From contig JBHGNT010000013.1 of the NCBI GenBank assembly GCA_043228905.1, positions 19,778,001 to 19,842,000 of the forward strand: DNA of 64,000 bases, written 5' to 3'. The position numbers were made by a program, and so were the translations under genes. Shown piece after piece: positions 32,970 to 45,855 of the stretch. The notes beneath the pieces are model-generated. The model saw only the letters and a program-made list of their open reading frames with translations, was not told where the DNA came from and searched no databases. Within the stretch, counting starts at the first letter, position 1, and each line of letters begins with the position of its first letter. Origin of the DNA: Azolla caroliniana (Eukaryota > Plantae > Polypodiophyta).

Positions 32970-35900
32970 GTATCTAATGTTAACTCGCATACGCAGAGCA
33001 GATTCTTCACCATCACAGACGTTGTCTGCTCTTCCGCATTGACAACCTTGCCCCCAACATTTGGTATCAGAGCGTTGGAGGTTCTTCAACCCGCTGCCAA
33101 CCGTCACAGTACATCACACAACATTCCGTTTTTCGTTTTCCTTGAAGAACAGATAAGGGAGAAGAAAAACAAAAGCTCGCATCTCACTGTGTTAAATCAC
33201 AAATTGGAGTTAGCCAGTCGGTTGTACTCTGTTCCTGTGATTGTAACCGCTTGAGGGGAGCTTCTTGCGCAACAACCAACCCAATCGTGCTTCATTTTGG
33301 TTAAACAACATCCGAATAGGTCGCCGGACGCTATTCACCAGCTTGCTGTAACCACCCGCTGCAGATTGGTCTCGAAACAGCCAACCAAATTCGTGCTTCA
33401 CTCGATTGATCGACATTCGGGAGGATCAGTTGGATCCGTCCCTCTCATCGTTGCAGTCATCCGAAGCTGAATCGGTCCAAACAATCGGTCTCGTGTAATC
33501 GGTATTCGGCATACAATCAGAAGCTAACCGGGCTCACTCCGACTTGGCAACATTCGGGAAGACCAGCCGGTTCTGTCCCTCAAGTTACCGGAGTCACTCC
33601 GAGCAAGTTCAACAACAAGTATCCGAAACCAAATGGACTCGGGTTCAAAACCGACTAGAACGATATAGAGTGAGCCGACTGGCTGCACCCCACTAAGGTT
33701 CGTAGTCAACTCCGAACTGAGTCTTCCCAACCGAAACCGAATTAGATGTCATCAACATCCAGCTCATCGGAGATGAGTCTAAGGAGGTTCGACGGTTCGA
33801 ACTTCAACTTCTGGAAGGAACAAATGCATGACTATCTCATAGTCAAGGGTCAGATAGACCCGATTGAGAATGAAAATACTCCAGAAGCATACAAGGCAAA
33901 CGAGTGGCTAAAGTTGGACAGAATCGTCCGAGCCACGATTCGGATGCACTTGTCGGAGTCAGTGTACTTCATAGTGCAATCATGCACGACAACGTTTGAA
34001 CTTTGGAAAACACTGTCGGAAACTTATGAAAAGAAGGTCGTCGCAAAGAAGATGTATCTGATCTGTCGCCTCTACAACTTGCGGATGAAAGAATCCGATT
34101 CGGTTCAGGCACACCTCAACGAGTACGAAAGCATAAGCTCCCAAATCTCGTCTCAGGGGATGACAATTGAGGATGAACTCAGAGAAATGAAACTCATGAG
34201 TAGCCTCCTCTCTTCATGGGAAACTTTCGTTACAACCGTGTGCAACGCTTCAACAACTACCGTTAAGTACTCCGAAGTCACGAGCACAATCCTAATTGAA
34301 GCAGCTCGAAGAAAGTCTTTCGCCAAAGACTCGGCAGATGAAGCTTACGTAGTACAAGGTTCGACTGACCGATCGAACAACAGGGGAAGAAGTTCTTCCC
34401 GACCGTCGAACAATCAGCAAAGCCGGAGCAAGTCCCGGGACAACCGAATTTGCAACTACTGCAAGAAACCGGGACACATCAAAGCCGACTGCCGGGCACT
34501 CAAAGCAAAAACCCACAAAGCTCAGAGAGCGGATCAGAAGAGTAACCGGCATAAGGAGGTCAACTACGTCGGCTCTTCAGCCGAAATTTTGACGACCGAC
34601 CCGAACATACTGTTCATAGAGAACCTAGTCAAATCAAAAGTTCTGGTTACGATTGAGGAATCGAGCACATGGCTTCTTGACTCGAGCGCATCGTATCATG
34701 TGACACCTCACCGATCTCAGTTTCGGCAATACTCGGACCGACACTCTAACTTAGTTCGAGTCGGAAATTCTCAGCACTGTGCTATAATCGGAATCGACAC
34801 CGTAGAGCTCAACCTTCAGGGTGGCTCTGCACTCGTACTACACAACGTCCAACACGTTCCTGAGCTCTCAAGACCCTTGATCTCAGTCGGACAACTTGAC
34901 GAAGCCGGCATTCGTGCCGGATTCTCATAAGGAGGGTTTATACTCCACAAAGGGAACCTCCTGGTTGCTCGAGGACTGAAGGTACACTCTTTGTACCCTT
35001 TATATGTCACACTCAAAGAGGGTGACTTATTTTTGGTTGATATCCTCGTGTCATCGTTATGGCACGGACGACTTGGACACCTCAGCAAGGCCGGCAGAAC
35101 ACACCTATCCAGAGCCGGTTACATCCCCAAGCTCTCCTTCTCGGATCACCAATTCTGCGAGCATTGCTAGTACGGCAAACAGGTAGCTGCATCACATCCG
35201 ACATCAGCACCAAGAGAATCGAGTCCCCTCGATTTGGTCTCTCGGACGTCTGTGGCCCGATGCCACATCAGTCTCTCGGCGGTGCTTCGTACTTCGTCAG
35301 TTTTATTGACGACTCGACTTAGAAGGTGTGGGCTTACCCCATCAGAACCAAAGATCGGGTGTTCTCGATCTTCTCCGAATGGCTTGCAATGGTCGAAAAC
35401 CAGACCGGTCGGAAACTAAAATATCTCTGAATCGATAATGGAGGAGAATTCAAGTTTGATGAATTCGTCAAATTTTGCCGGGAACGCGACATTCAACGTG
35501 AATATACGGCACCCTATAGTTCGGAGCAGAATGGAATTGCAGAACGCATGAATTGAATGATTCAAGAATGCGTAGTATCCATGCTCCAACACTCCGGACT
35601 CTCGGATAGCTTCTGGGCGGAGGCTCTACTTACGACAGTACACATAATAAATATGTCACCAAGTAGACCTCTAGGACTTCAAATACCTCAGGAAGTATGG
35701 ACCGGCAATAAGCCGAATTATGACAAGCTGAGGATCTTCGGTTGCGAGGCATACGCCCTCATACCGAAAGACGATCGCCGGAAACTCGAACCAAGATCAA
35801 GGAAATGTGTTTTCCTTGGGTATGGACCTGACGACAAGATCAGATACTGACTTTGGGACCCCGAGCACAGACAAATCATCTGAAGTTCAGACGTCGTGTT

Positions 35901-37105
35901 CAATGAGTCGGCTATGCATAAAACGGCCGAAAGGCCTATTGAAGTCCGAAAGGTAATATTCTCCGAAGTGCCAACCATTCATGAAGGCCCAACCCACAAC
36001 ATGAGATCGGTTTCACGGGTAACCGACACCTCTCATCTTGAATCCACCGATTTAGCACAGTCGAATGGCTCGGCTCCCGACCATCTGACATTGACACTCG
36101 ACGCGACTAGTCCAGTCATACCTTGCAGATCCGAGAGACTGTCGCAACCTCCGGAGAGGTACTCTCCCAGAATTTTCTTTACCGACGTCGGCGAACCGAC
36201 GTCCTACGAAGAAGCATCGACATCTGCCGATTCAGCCACATGGCATTTGGCGATGGAGTCGGAAATGCACTCCATTCGGGCAAACAAGACTTGGGACTTA
36301 GTCGACTTACCGGAGAATCGACGTGCTCTTCCATGTAAGTGGGTCTATCAACTAAAAGAAACGTCCGACTCGACCAACCCAAAGTACAAGGCCAGATTAG
36401 TTGCAAAGGGATTTAGACAAGAATATGGCGTCGACTTCGATGAAATCTTTTCACGAGTGGTGAAAATGACGACCCTTCGTTTCATGCTTGGCGTCGTGGC
36501 CGCCGACAACTTGGAGCTGATTCAGCTAGATGTAAAAACAACATTCCTCCACGGTGACCTACAAGAGGAAATCTATATGGAGCAGCCGAATGGCTTTGTG
36601 GCATCCGGCCAGGAACATCTAGTCTGCCGACTCAGGAAGAGTCTCTATGGCCTCAAACAAGCACCCCGACAGTGGTACAAGAAGTTCGACGACTTCATCC
36701 AATCAGTCGGCTTCTCAAAGAGTGATGAGGACCACTGTCTCTTTACCAAAACAGCTCAAGACGGGTCTCCCGTCTTCCTCATCATCTACGTGGACGACAT
36801 GCTCCTCTTCGGTAGGCATGCCGATGAGCTCACCGAACTCGTTCGGAAACTGCAGTTGAAGTTTTCCATGAAGGACCTTGGTCCGGCAAGACACATACTT
36901 GGTATGAAGATTAGTCGGCATTGCGATAAACGACAACTTTTCTTGTCTCAAACCGACTACATCAGACATGTCTTGGAACGCTTCAACATGCACTCGGCCA
37001 ATTCTGCTTCGACCCCGCTCCCGATTAACCTTCGGCTATCTCAGCGAGACTGCCCGACATCCGGTTCGGAGGGGGAAGATATGAAATCGGTACCGTATGC
37101 ACCGG

Positions 37106-38216
37106 TGTCGTGAAGATTTTCGGCAATGGTGTGAAAATCACATAAAACGTACAAAATTGAGTATGAATCACATAAAACAATAATAGTGAAGATAAGTTTT
37201 TAAATAAGTTTAATATCTAAGTACGAAAAGATGGGGGTCTTCAAGAGCTTTCGAATGCACTTTATTACACGAGAAACGGACAACTAGATGTCAAGATATG
37301 AGAGTATAAAGTTTGTGAAAGGAAAAGAGAAAACTGAGAGATATCCCACATAGGCACGACGAATATGGCTCTCATCATATATAAGGTAGAGCAAAAGCTG
37401 TTATCTTTGTGTTTATGTGTGAAGCATAGAGATTTAAAGGTAACTTGAACTAAGAGTGGAGGTGGCCTAGCTACTCGTAAAGGTTTTGGCCAACCAAAAC
37501 CGGACCGACGATATAGACGGTGATCCGGCGGCAACTGGCAAAGTGGCGGTGGCACACTGACAACCTGTGATTCGAAGGAGCTAGTGGAACCGGCATCCGG
37601 CGACAGCCACCGGTAATCGGCGGCATCCGACATCCAACGAACCGGCGTCCGACGACTAGATAAATAAATATATAAATATATATACATATACAAGGAGGGC
37701 AAGTAAAGACTTGAACCTTGGACCTCCAAGTTAGGAGTCAATTGGCTTACCACTAAGCCAAGATATTTAGTTGAACTTATATTTCTATCATTGTACTTTT
37801 ACATGTAAATTCTTATGCATGAGAGCTAAAATGAGTGACATGGTTATCATGCACCACATGTAAATACATGAGCGCCAAATGGCAAACATGCATCATATGC
37901 ATGGGGGCATCTATAAAAGGATGGATGAAAATATATTATGGATCCATGTATGAACTAAGAAATTAATGAGAAGAAAATTCATTGATGATATATCTTGTTT
38001 CTTAAATCAAGAGTTAAAATCTTAATCTCAATATCTCTCTCTTGGCCATATCAATCTTTCTCAATCTAAGTCAAGCATTTAATCTTAATCTCTTTCTCTC
38101 TCTCAATCTATCCTAAATACTTTCTCGCTAAGCTTGGTGTGAACTTTGATCCTTCCGGTCCAGAACCCCGGCGGTTCCGCCTTGCGATCCACGCCTAGTG
38201 ACGGATCTTCACGACA
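37106..38216 (+). mobile_element. Solo-LTR-like insertion (1111 bp) with 12-bp terminal inverted repeat and 4-bp TSD CCGG, inside the copia A RT
   Basis: TGTCGTGAAGAT...ATCTTCACGACA, with CCGG at 37102-37105 and 38217-38220. Removing it restores PYAPAIDSLMYAMV. Internal CTATAAAAGG at ~37911. Confidence 0.9.
37694..37763 (-). other. tRNA-derived A-box/B-box module inside the solo-LTR-like element
   Basis: Minus strand reads TGGCTTAGTGGTAAG...GGAGGTCCAAGGTTCAAGTC at tRNA spacing. Confidence 0.6.
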
Positions 38217-39283
38217 CCGGCAATCGACTCCCTTATGTACGCGATGGTCACGACATGGCCTCATATTTCTCACGTCGTAGGAGTCGTCAACAGATTCATG
38301 CACAACCCCGACCGATTGCATTGGAACGTAGTCAAGCATGTGTTCAGATATCTAGTTGGCACAAAAGACCACGACATTCTCTTCGGCCCGAACTCAACCT
38401 CAGGCGTAGTCGGTTACACTGACTCGGACTTCGCCGGCTGTGTGGATAGTCGGAAATCAACAACCGGATATTGTTTCAAATTCGGTAATGGAGCAATCTC
38501 GTGTAAGTCGAAACTTCAGGAGTGCACAACCACCTCAACGACCGAAGCAGAATATGTAGCTGCGTTCGACGCGACAAAAGAAGCTTTATGGCTCGGTCGG
38601 CTGGCGCACACGTTCTGACAGGTCGACTCCGACTCGGCTCCAGTTGTCTACAACGACAGTCAGGGTGCTGTTGCTTTGTCAAAAAACCCGGTTCACCACA
38701 ATGCCTCCAAGCATATCGATGTTCGATATCACTTCGTTCGGGACTGCGTCATTTAAGGGAAAATCGGTGTAGAGATGATATCCACAACCGATAATGTCGC
38801 AGATGGAATGACCAAGTGTCTTTCGGCGGATCGTTTCCGGTCCCTTCGGCACCAGATGGGCGTAGCGAAAAATCGGTCCGGTTAAAGTCGGACACACAAC
38901 CCAGGACGGTTTCGGACCACCGACATCGGTTCTCTGAGGATCGGCTTCAGCTCTTCCAACCTGACCGGTTCGGTCTTCGGTCTTCGGATCTTGCCGACTC
39001 TGACAAAACAGATCTGTCCGATAAACCTTGTATATATACCTGTAATTCTTTAGATAACCCATGTATACGCCCATTATGAGGGAGTGTCGAATACAAGTGT
39101 ATAATGGCCGTATTCACATTGTCCCCTTGGACAACCCAAGTTTGGGCTATTTCTATAAATAGCACAAAGGGTAATTGCCCTAGGACAATCACTATATAAA
39201 GTGACTTTGTAACCTGTTAGTCGTTGCTGGTTGTAATTCTAGTAGTTGTTGCTATTGAGAAATAAAATCCTATTTCTTTGTGC

Positions 39284-39337
<54 letters not shown>

Positions 39338-39506
39338 GTATCTAGTGTTAACTCGCATATGCAGAGCAGATTCTTCACCATCACAAATGTTGTCTGCTCT
39401 TCCGCATTGACGGCCTTGCCCCCAACACTAGGAATATAAAAAAGTTGAATGCTAAATCAAGGGTTTGGTAAGAAGAACGTATAATGAATTGTATTTGAAA
39501 ACAACT

Positions 39507-39560
39507 TAGCTCAATTGATAAGAGTGTGTGCTATGAGTGGGACGTCAAGGGTTTGAGTCC
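39507..39560 (+). other. tRNA-derived A-box/B-box module
   Basis: TAGCTCAATTGATAAGAGTG...GGGTTTGAGTCC, similar to the module at 28592. Confidence 0.5.
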
Positions 39561-40337
39561 TAATTAGACTATAAAATACTAATTGGACGAATGAATGGAA
39601 TGGTGGACATTATGATTGGCTTTTTGCTAGCATCAAGCACTACAAGAAAAGTAATTCATGTAATTGGGGAGAAAAAGAAAGGTGCATGCTAAATAAAAAA
39701 GCACCCACTATTTTTATTTGGGTGAAGATTCCAGAAGGTAAGTATGCATGTAATTGGGGAGAAAAAGAAAGGTGTATACTAAATGTTAATAATTAGGTAA
39801 TTAACTAAGGGTTAAATAGTATCTAATTATATGAATAATTAATCACCTACGAGATTAAGCAGTGGAAGATTATGTGATGTGTGTGTGTGGGTGTGTATGT
39901 GAAAAATATGGGAGGAAGGGAGAAAAAACACTTATGAACAATAAGATAAATGGGGGATGATTAACAAGTATAGCTCAAGGAACTCTTGATTATAGTAAAA
40001 GATATCAAGTTACAAAAAAACCTATCATGAGGTATATATACATTTCATGTGCAAGGGTGCACATGTGTGAGGGGGTATAGGTACAAGGATGTAAGTCCTG
40101 TATTAAATGTACTTGGTAGTGGAGGATCTAGAATGTATCCATTCTTAAGTACAAGTATAAAATCCTATTTAAGACTTTGAAGGCAACACACAAACTATAT
40201 CCTATGTGTGTAACTACTAAGTTACACATATGACAAAATAACTAAACCTAGTTGAGCTTCATATCTCAACACGGCCCCTCAAGCTCAAGTGTGAGGCGTT
40301 CGACGTTTGATTCGACTATAGACGTTGACTCTCGGTT

Positions 40338-43129
40338 TCATGTCACCAGTTCCTCCCCCTCAAGCTGTCGACGAAGGCTATGAGCGTGAAGTGGTCGAAG
40401 GCCAAGTGCTAGCAAAAACTGATGGAGCTTGTCTACTCCTAGGGCCTTGGTGAAGATATCGGTCGTTTGTTGATTAGTGCCGACATGTTGAAGGTCAATA
40501 TCTCCGGCAAGAATGCGCTCCCGAACATAGTGGTAGTGTACCTCTATATGTTTTGTTCGGGCATGAAACATTGTATTTCGGGCTGGTTGTATGCTACTTT
40601 GATTGTCGCAACAGATACGTATCGATTTGGCGATCGATTCATTGAAGTCCTTGAGTAGTCGCTTCAGCTAAATGGCTTCGCAGGTGGCGATGGCCGCGCC
40701 CCTATATTCCTCTTTGGTGCTGGGCAACGCAACTGTTGGTTACTTCTTGCTACTCCAAGAAATCGCTCTGCTTCGAGTGAGAAGACGAAGTCGGATGTTG
40801 ATCGTCGATCAGATACATTGCCGGCCCAATCGGCATCTGTGTATCCTTCTAGCTGATTTGTCGCTCTTGTCTTATAGAAGAGTCCTCGATCCATGGTTCC
40901 ACTAATGTATCGTAGGACTCGCTTAACACAATGCAAATGTGTGTCGCATGGTGTTTGCATAAACTAGATAAGGAGGCCGACCAAATAGCCAGATCGGGTC
41001 GAGTGATAGTTAGATAGATGAGACTCCCTATGATTTGTTGATACAGAGTCGACTCACATCGTGTATCAGAGTCCGCGTACAATTTTAGATTGCGATCAAG
41101 GGGAGTTGAAATGGGCTTGTGGTCCATCATATTGAATTTGAATAGAAGATTCAGGATGTAGTGGCGTTGGGACATCATGATGCCGTCGCCGGTTCAAATG
41201 ACCTCGATTCCCAGAAAGTAATGAAGTTGGTTCATGTCTTTCATTTCAAACTTTCCGGAGAGAAGCATCTTGACCTTGTTGATGTCGACTAGGGATTTTC
41301 TGCCAATCACCAAGTCGTCAACATATATAACTATGAAGATCAGGCCACTTGAGTTGCTTCGAATAAATAATGAATTGTTAGACTTCAACATTCGAAAACC
41401 GATATGGTGGAGGGATTGCGCGATCTTTGAATGCCAAGCCCGTGGCGTTTGGTTGAGGCCGTAGAGGGGCTTCTTGAGTTGGCATATGGCATTCAGATGT
41501 GATTTCAACTTATAGACGGGAGGTTGTACCATGTACACCTCCTCCTCTAGCTCACCTTGGAGGAACACATTTTTCACGTCCATTTGGTGGAGATGCCACC
41601 CTTTTGCCGTTGCGAGTGCAAGGACCGTCCAAATCATGGCCATCTTTACCACCGGGACAAAGGGTTCTTCGTAGTCGATACCGTGGGTTTGAGGATACCC
41701 CTTAGCATCAAGTTGTGCCTTGTATCGGTTGATGGAGCCGTCAACGTTGTGCTTTATCTTGTATATCCATGATTCAGCAACCCGATCGCCTTCTCGTGCA
41801 GTGGAGGTGCTACAAGATCCCAAGTCTCGTTGTCAACTAGCGCTTGCATCTCGTGGTCCATGGCTTCCACCTATCGGGGGTCACGAGCCGCTTCCGTAAA
41901 GCTTTCAGACTATTGTTCAGCTGCTACCTTCATCATGAAAGCATGTGGTGTGCCATATACTCATTGTAGTCGAATGGGAGCGGAATCGAGAAATCTAATT
42001 CTTCTCTCGGGACGGGCATCAAAGTTTTTCGTTCGTAGATGCCAACGCCTTCTTTACATCGGGGGTCCGCATAATGGTCACTCTGAACTCACTATCCAGA
42101 GAGTGAGGTGACACATCCGAATCGCTTTCGTCGGGGTGGTCGACTTCGTATTTGGGCATCTTACCTTTGCCTTTGTCCAACATGGTTGATGGTTGTGTTG
42201 TGCTCTGGTTGCTCGGTTGCTCCGATGGTCCGCTCATCATGGTTGAGCTTGGACTGGTAGGTATGGGTCTCGGTTGAATGTCATCATTTGAGATGATGTC
42301 CGACTCTTCCTCTGTTTGGCTGGACGATGTTGAATCGGGTTTATACCAAGCATAGTTCTAGCCATACGTCCCATTCGTGTCATACTCAAACGCCAATATT
42401 CGTATCATACTTGAAAAGAGAGATGATGATAGAAAAGAGAAAGAAGGGAGATATAGAAACCCAAATCTACAAAGATATATTAATAAGGAGTGATGATCAT
42501 AGAAACAAGAGAAAGAAGATACATAAACTCAAGCCTACAAGGATGAATTGATCACTAGAAAAACGCACTACATGAATAGGCAAGAAAAACACCACAAGAA
42601 AAAAGCCTCCTCACCACCTCACTCTTCTTGCTTTATATGAAGTTCTCCTCTAGTAGATAAGTTTCGCTTGCTTTCTTTTCCACGCTTTTTTTAGAGCTTT
42701 TCCATCTCCTATTCTTAGCTATGACACAACGATCTTCTAATCGGCATATCTCCCTCATCCATGCTCCAAATTTAGAGTTTTAAAAAGCTACGGATAGCTC
42801 TCGTCATAAGCTTTCTAACCCATATTTACACGTGATATTTGGGTGTCAAACGAGAAAGTTATGATCGTTTGTTTCTGACTGCTTTTTGGTGGTCTGCTTT
42901 TTCCTTCTTTTACTTTTCTCCATCTTTCTTGCTTTTAGTTTGACTTATACTTGAAACCTTAGCTCGTGTTCTTGGCCTTCGGGTGTGAATGATCCATACC
43001 TTATATTTTTGTAGACTTCAATACCTTGAATTCTAAAAACACTTTCACAATACTCATAAGTGAAAAGGCTCCAAGTATGATTGAAATCCATACACGGTAC
43101 ATAGATATATACATATGGTGTACAATGAT

Positions 43130-43205
<76 letters not shown>

Positions 43206-45855
43206 TGGTCTAGAGAGAGAAGCCCTGTTTTGCATGTGTGAGGAGATAGTGGTTGAGTGTATATCTAGATTCTAGAGAGAGAGAGAGAGAGAGAGAGGAG
43301 CTATGGGTTTTGTCTGTGTGAGGGAGTGTGTAATATGTATATTAGATATCTAGATTTTGTAGAGAGAGAAGATCTGTCAGTTCTCGTGTGAGAGAGAGAG
43401 AGAGTGTGTGTCTGTGTGTCAGACGTCACTTCTATTCACAAAGAATTATGAATATCAAAAATTTTAAAAAGCCCAAAAAAAAGAAGAAGCCAAATGGATA
43501 TCGCGTATCATACGCGTATGTTTGCAAACGTTCGCGTACGTCCAATAATTTGGACGTACGCGAATATTAGGAACTATGATACCAAGTTGACGATTCGTCG
43601 AAGATGACATCTTGCTGACGAATCCGACTTACTTGAACCAAATGGCTGGAAGGGTTGAAGCACTTGTATCCCTTTTGTTCAGATGAATATCCCATGAAAA
43701 TGTACTTTTCGGACTTCGGGTCGAGCTTCTGTCGTTTTTCGGTGGGGATGTGAACATACGCAATACTTCCAAACACTCATAGATGTGACAAAGTCGGCTT
43801 CTTTCCAACATACACCTCGTGTGGAGTTAGTTCGAGTGCTCCAATAGTTCTGCATCGATTCATGATGTAGATGATCGTGGATGTCACTTTGGCCCAATAG
43901 TATTTTGGCATGTGCTTCTCATGCATCATGGTGCGTGCTACCTCGAGTATGTGCCGATTCTTTCTTTCAGCTACTCCATTTTGTTGGCATGTGTGTCGGC
44001 ACAAAAATTCTCTCTGAATGCCTTCACCTTGGAGGTAGGATATGAATTCATTGGAGAAGTACTCCTTGCCTCCATCCAATCGTAGGCATCGAATGTGCCG
44101 ATCGGTTTCCTTTTCGGCTTGGCTCTTGAGCCTTTGGAAGTGCGAGAGCACTTCACTCTTCTTCTTCATCGGGAAAATCCAGGTGTAGCGCGAGTAATCG
44201 TCAATGAAGGTGAGTAATATCGGCATCCACTGATCGTCGACGTTTGGGCTGGCCTCCATACATCCGAGTGGACTACATCAAGGAGGCCTTTGCTTACGTA
44301 GCTCTCCTTTGGGAATGAGAGTCGATGTTGTTTGATGTGTTGGCATGCTTCACATACTCAGTCGACTCGTTTCAACTCAAATGTCGGAAGTCCTATAACT
44401 ACTCCCTTCGACTGCATAGTTCGAAGCCGTTGGACGTTGATGTGACCGATTCTGTTGTGCCACAACTCGATATTATATTCAACCCTAAGACCATTTGCAT
44501 ACATGGCTGATTTTACCTCGTCCGAATCGAGAATAAGCATTTGGCGTTCTCTCCGTCCTGTAGCAATGAGTTGGCCATTCTTTTCTATAAAGTAGCCTCC
44601 ATTGTTGAAATGAACCTGCATGCCTTGCTTCACAATTTGGTCGATTGAGACCAAATTTTTGGTTATTGTTAGAACGTGCAAGACATTCTTGATGTAATTG
44701 TTGTTGCCCTTGCCGAGCGGAACATTGCCGATATGTTAAATGGTGTGTATGGTGTCGTCTCCCGTCTCCACGTAGTTAGGTCGATCAGGCGTATGCAAAT
44801 AATTGAACCACTCTTCGTGAGATGTCCTGTGATTTAAGGCGCCTAAAACGACAAATCATACTTCCTCTGATGTGGAGGTGCTGGCCGAACTGGATGCCGA
44901 CATAGTGTTTGCTTTGTGTCTCGTGACGAACATGCCTCCATAGTCTTCGAATTCGGAATTGGTGGCGTAGTTTGTGACTTTCCGACTTGTGGAAGTCGGC
45001 TCGCTTCTTTTCTTTCAGCAATCCTCTTCGCGGTGGCCGATTTTACCACAGTAGTTGGAAGTGACGGGCCTGATTTGCCGACCTTGTTTGGCATGGAAGC
45101 TCCCCCTTCTTCCAACGTTCCTTGAGTGTTTCCGTTTTCTTGCCGAAATTGGGAGTTATTTTCATAGGTCGGACCTCGTCCGCCTTGTCCTTGGCCGAAT
45201 CGACCTCTACTACCTCGACCATGTCCTCGACTGCCTCCTGAATTCAAGAAGAACATATGTCCTTCTAGCATCTTACTCTTTGTTCTGACATGATTATCTT
45301 CGACCAATAACATGGATTGAAGGTCGAAAAAGGAAGGGGGTTTTCCCTCGCTAAGATTTCCGTCCTTATTGGGTCGAATCGTTGCGCAAGGCCGCCCAAG
45401 CACACTTGCACCATTTCATCCTCTTCAATGTTTATGTTTATAGAGCTAAGTGAATCGTAAATGCTCTTGATCTTGGATGTGTAGTCCGACACAGACATGT
45501 CTTTTTGTCGAATGTTGTTCAACTCTAGTCAAAGTTGAAGCTTGCGGGCAATTGTGTTGGCAGCGAAGATTCTTCTCAAATTTAGCCACACTTCTTTAGG
45601 TGTCTTGGCATCTCGAATGTGACAAAGCATGTGATCGTGGACATATGTTGCCAAATAGTACATCAGTCGATTCACCCCTTGCTCCCATTTTAGGTAGTTG
45701 GCGTTTGTGATGTCGAGTTTGTTTTTGAGGGCGTCATCAATGTAGCTCCAATACCCTTGGCCGACTAGGTATTGGTTCATCTTGTACTCCCAAGGTGAGA
45801 AATTGCGCTGGTCTAGCTTTTCACTAGTGAACGAGCTACTCATTTGTGTGTTCAT
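40338..45855 (-). pseudogene. copia B gag-pol, disrupted
   Basis: MNQYLVGQGYWSYI gag, LWHNRIGH, FIDDYSRYTW/QQNGVAERKNR integrase, IYVDDL RT, GYTDADWAG and FHARTKHIEVHYHYVRE RNase H. Many stops and frameshifts. Confidence 0.95.
42351..43578. mobile_element. Non-autonomous hAT-type DNA transposon nested in copia B
   Basis: 8-bp TSD ATACCAAG (42343-42350, 43579-43586), termini CATAGTTC...GAACTATG, subterminal CGTATCATAC/TACG repeats, no transposase. Removing it restores DVIFDESSTWYKP. Confidence 0.88.

Larger units (their letters stand above)
33746..38885 (+). pseudogene. copia A gag-pol (gag CCHC, protease, integrase, RT, RNase H), disrupted
   Basis: CNYCKKPGHIKADC, WLLDSSAS, KYKARLVAKGF, LYGLKQAPRQWY, IYVDDML, GYTDSDFAG. 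Multiple stops and frameshifts, plus an insertion at 37106-38216. Confidence 0.95.
32739..39427 (+). mobile_element. Full-length decayed Ty1/copia LTR retrotransposon A (Tnt1/Tork-like)
   Basis: 5'LTR 32739-33059 and 3'LTR 39085-39427 (TG..CA), TSD CTAGG, PBS TGGTATCAGAGC (tRNA-iMet type) at 33062-33073, PPT ATGAGGGAG. About 17 substitutions between the LTRs by eye, mostly transitions. Confidence 0.97.
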
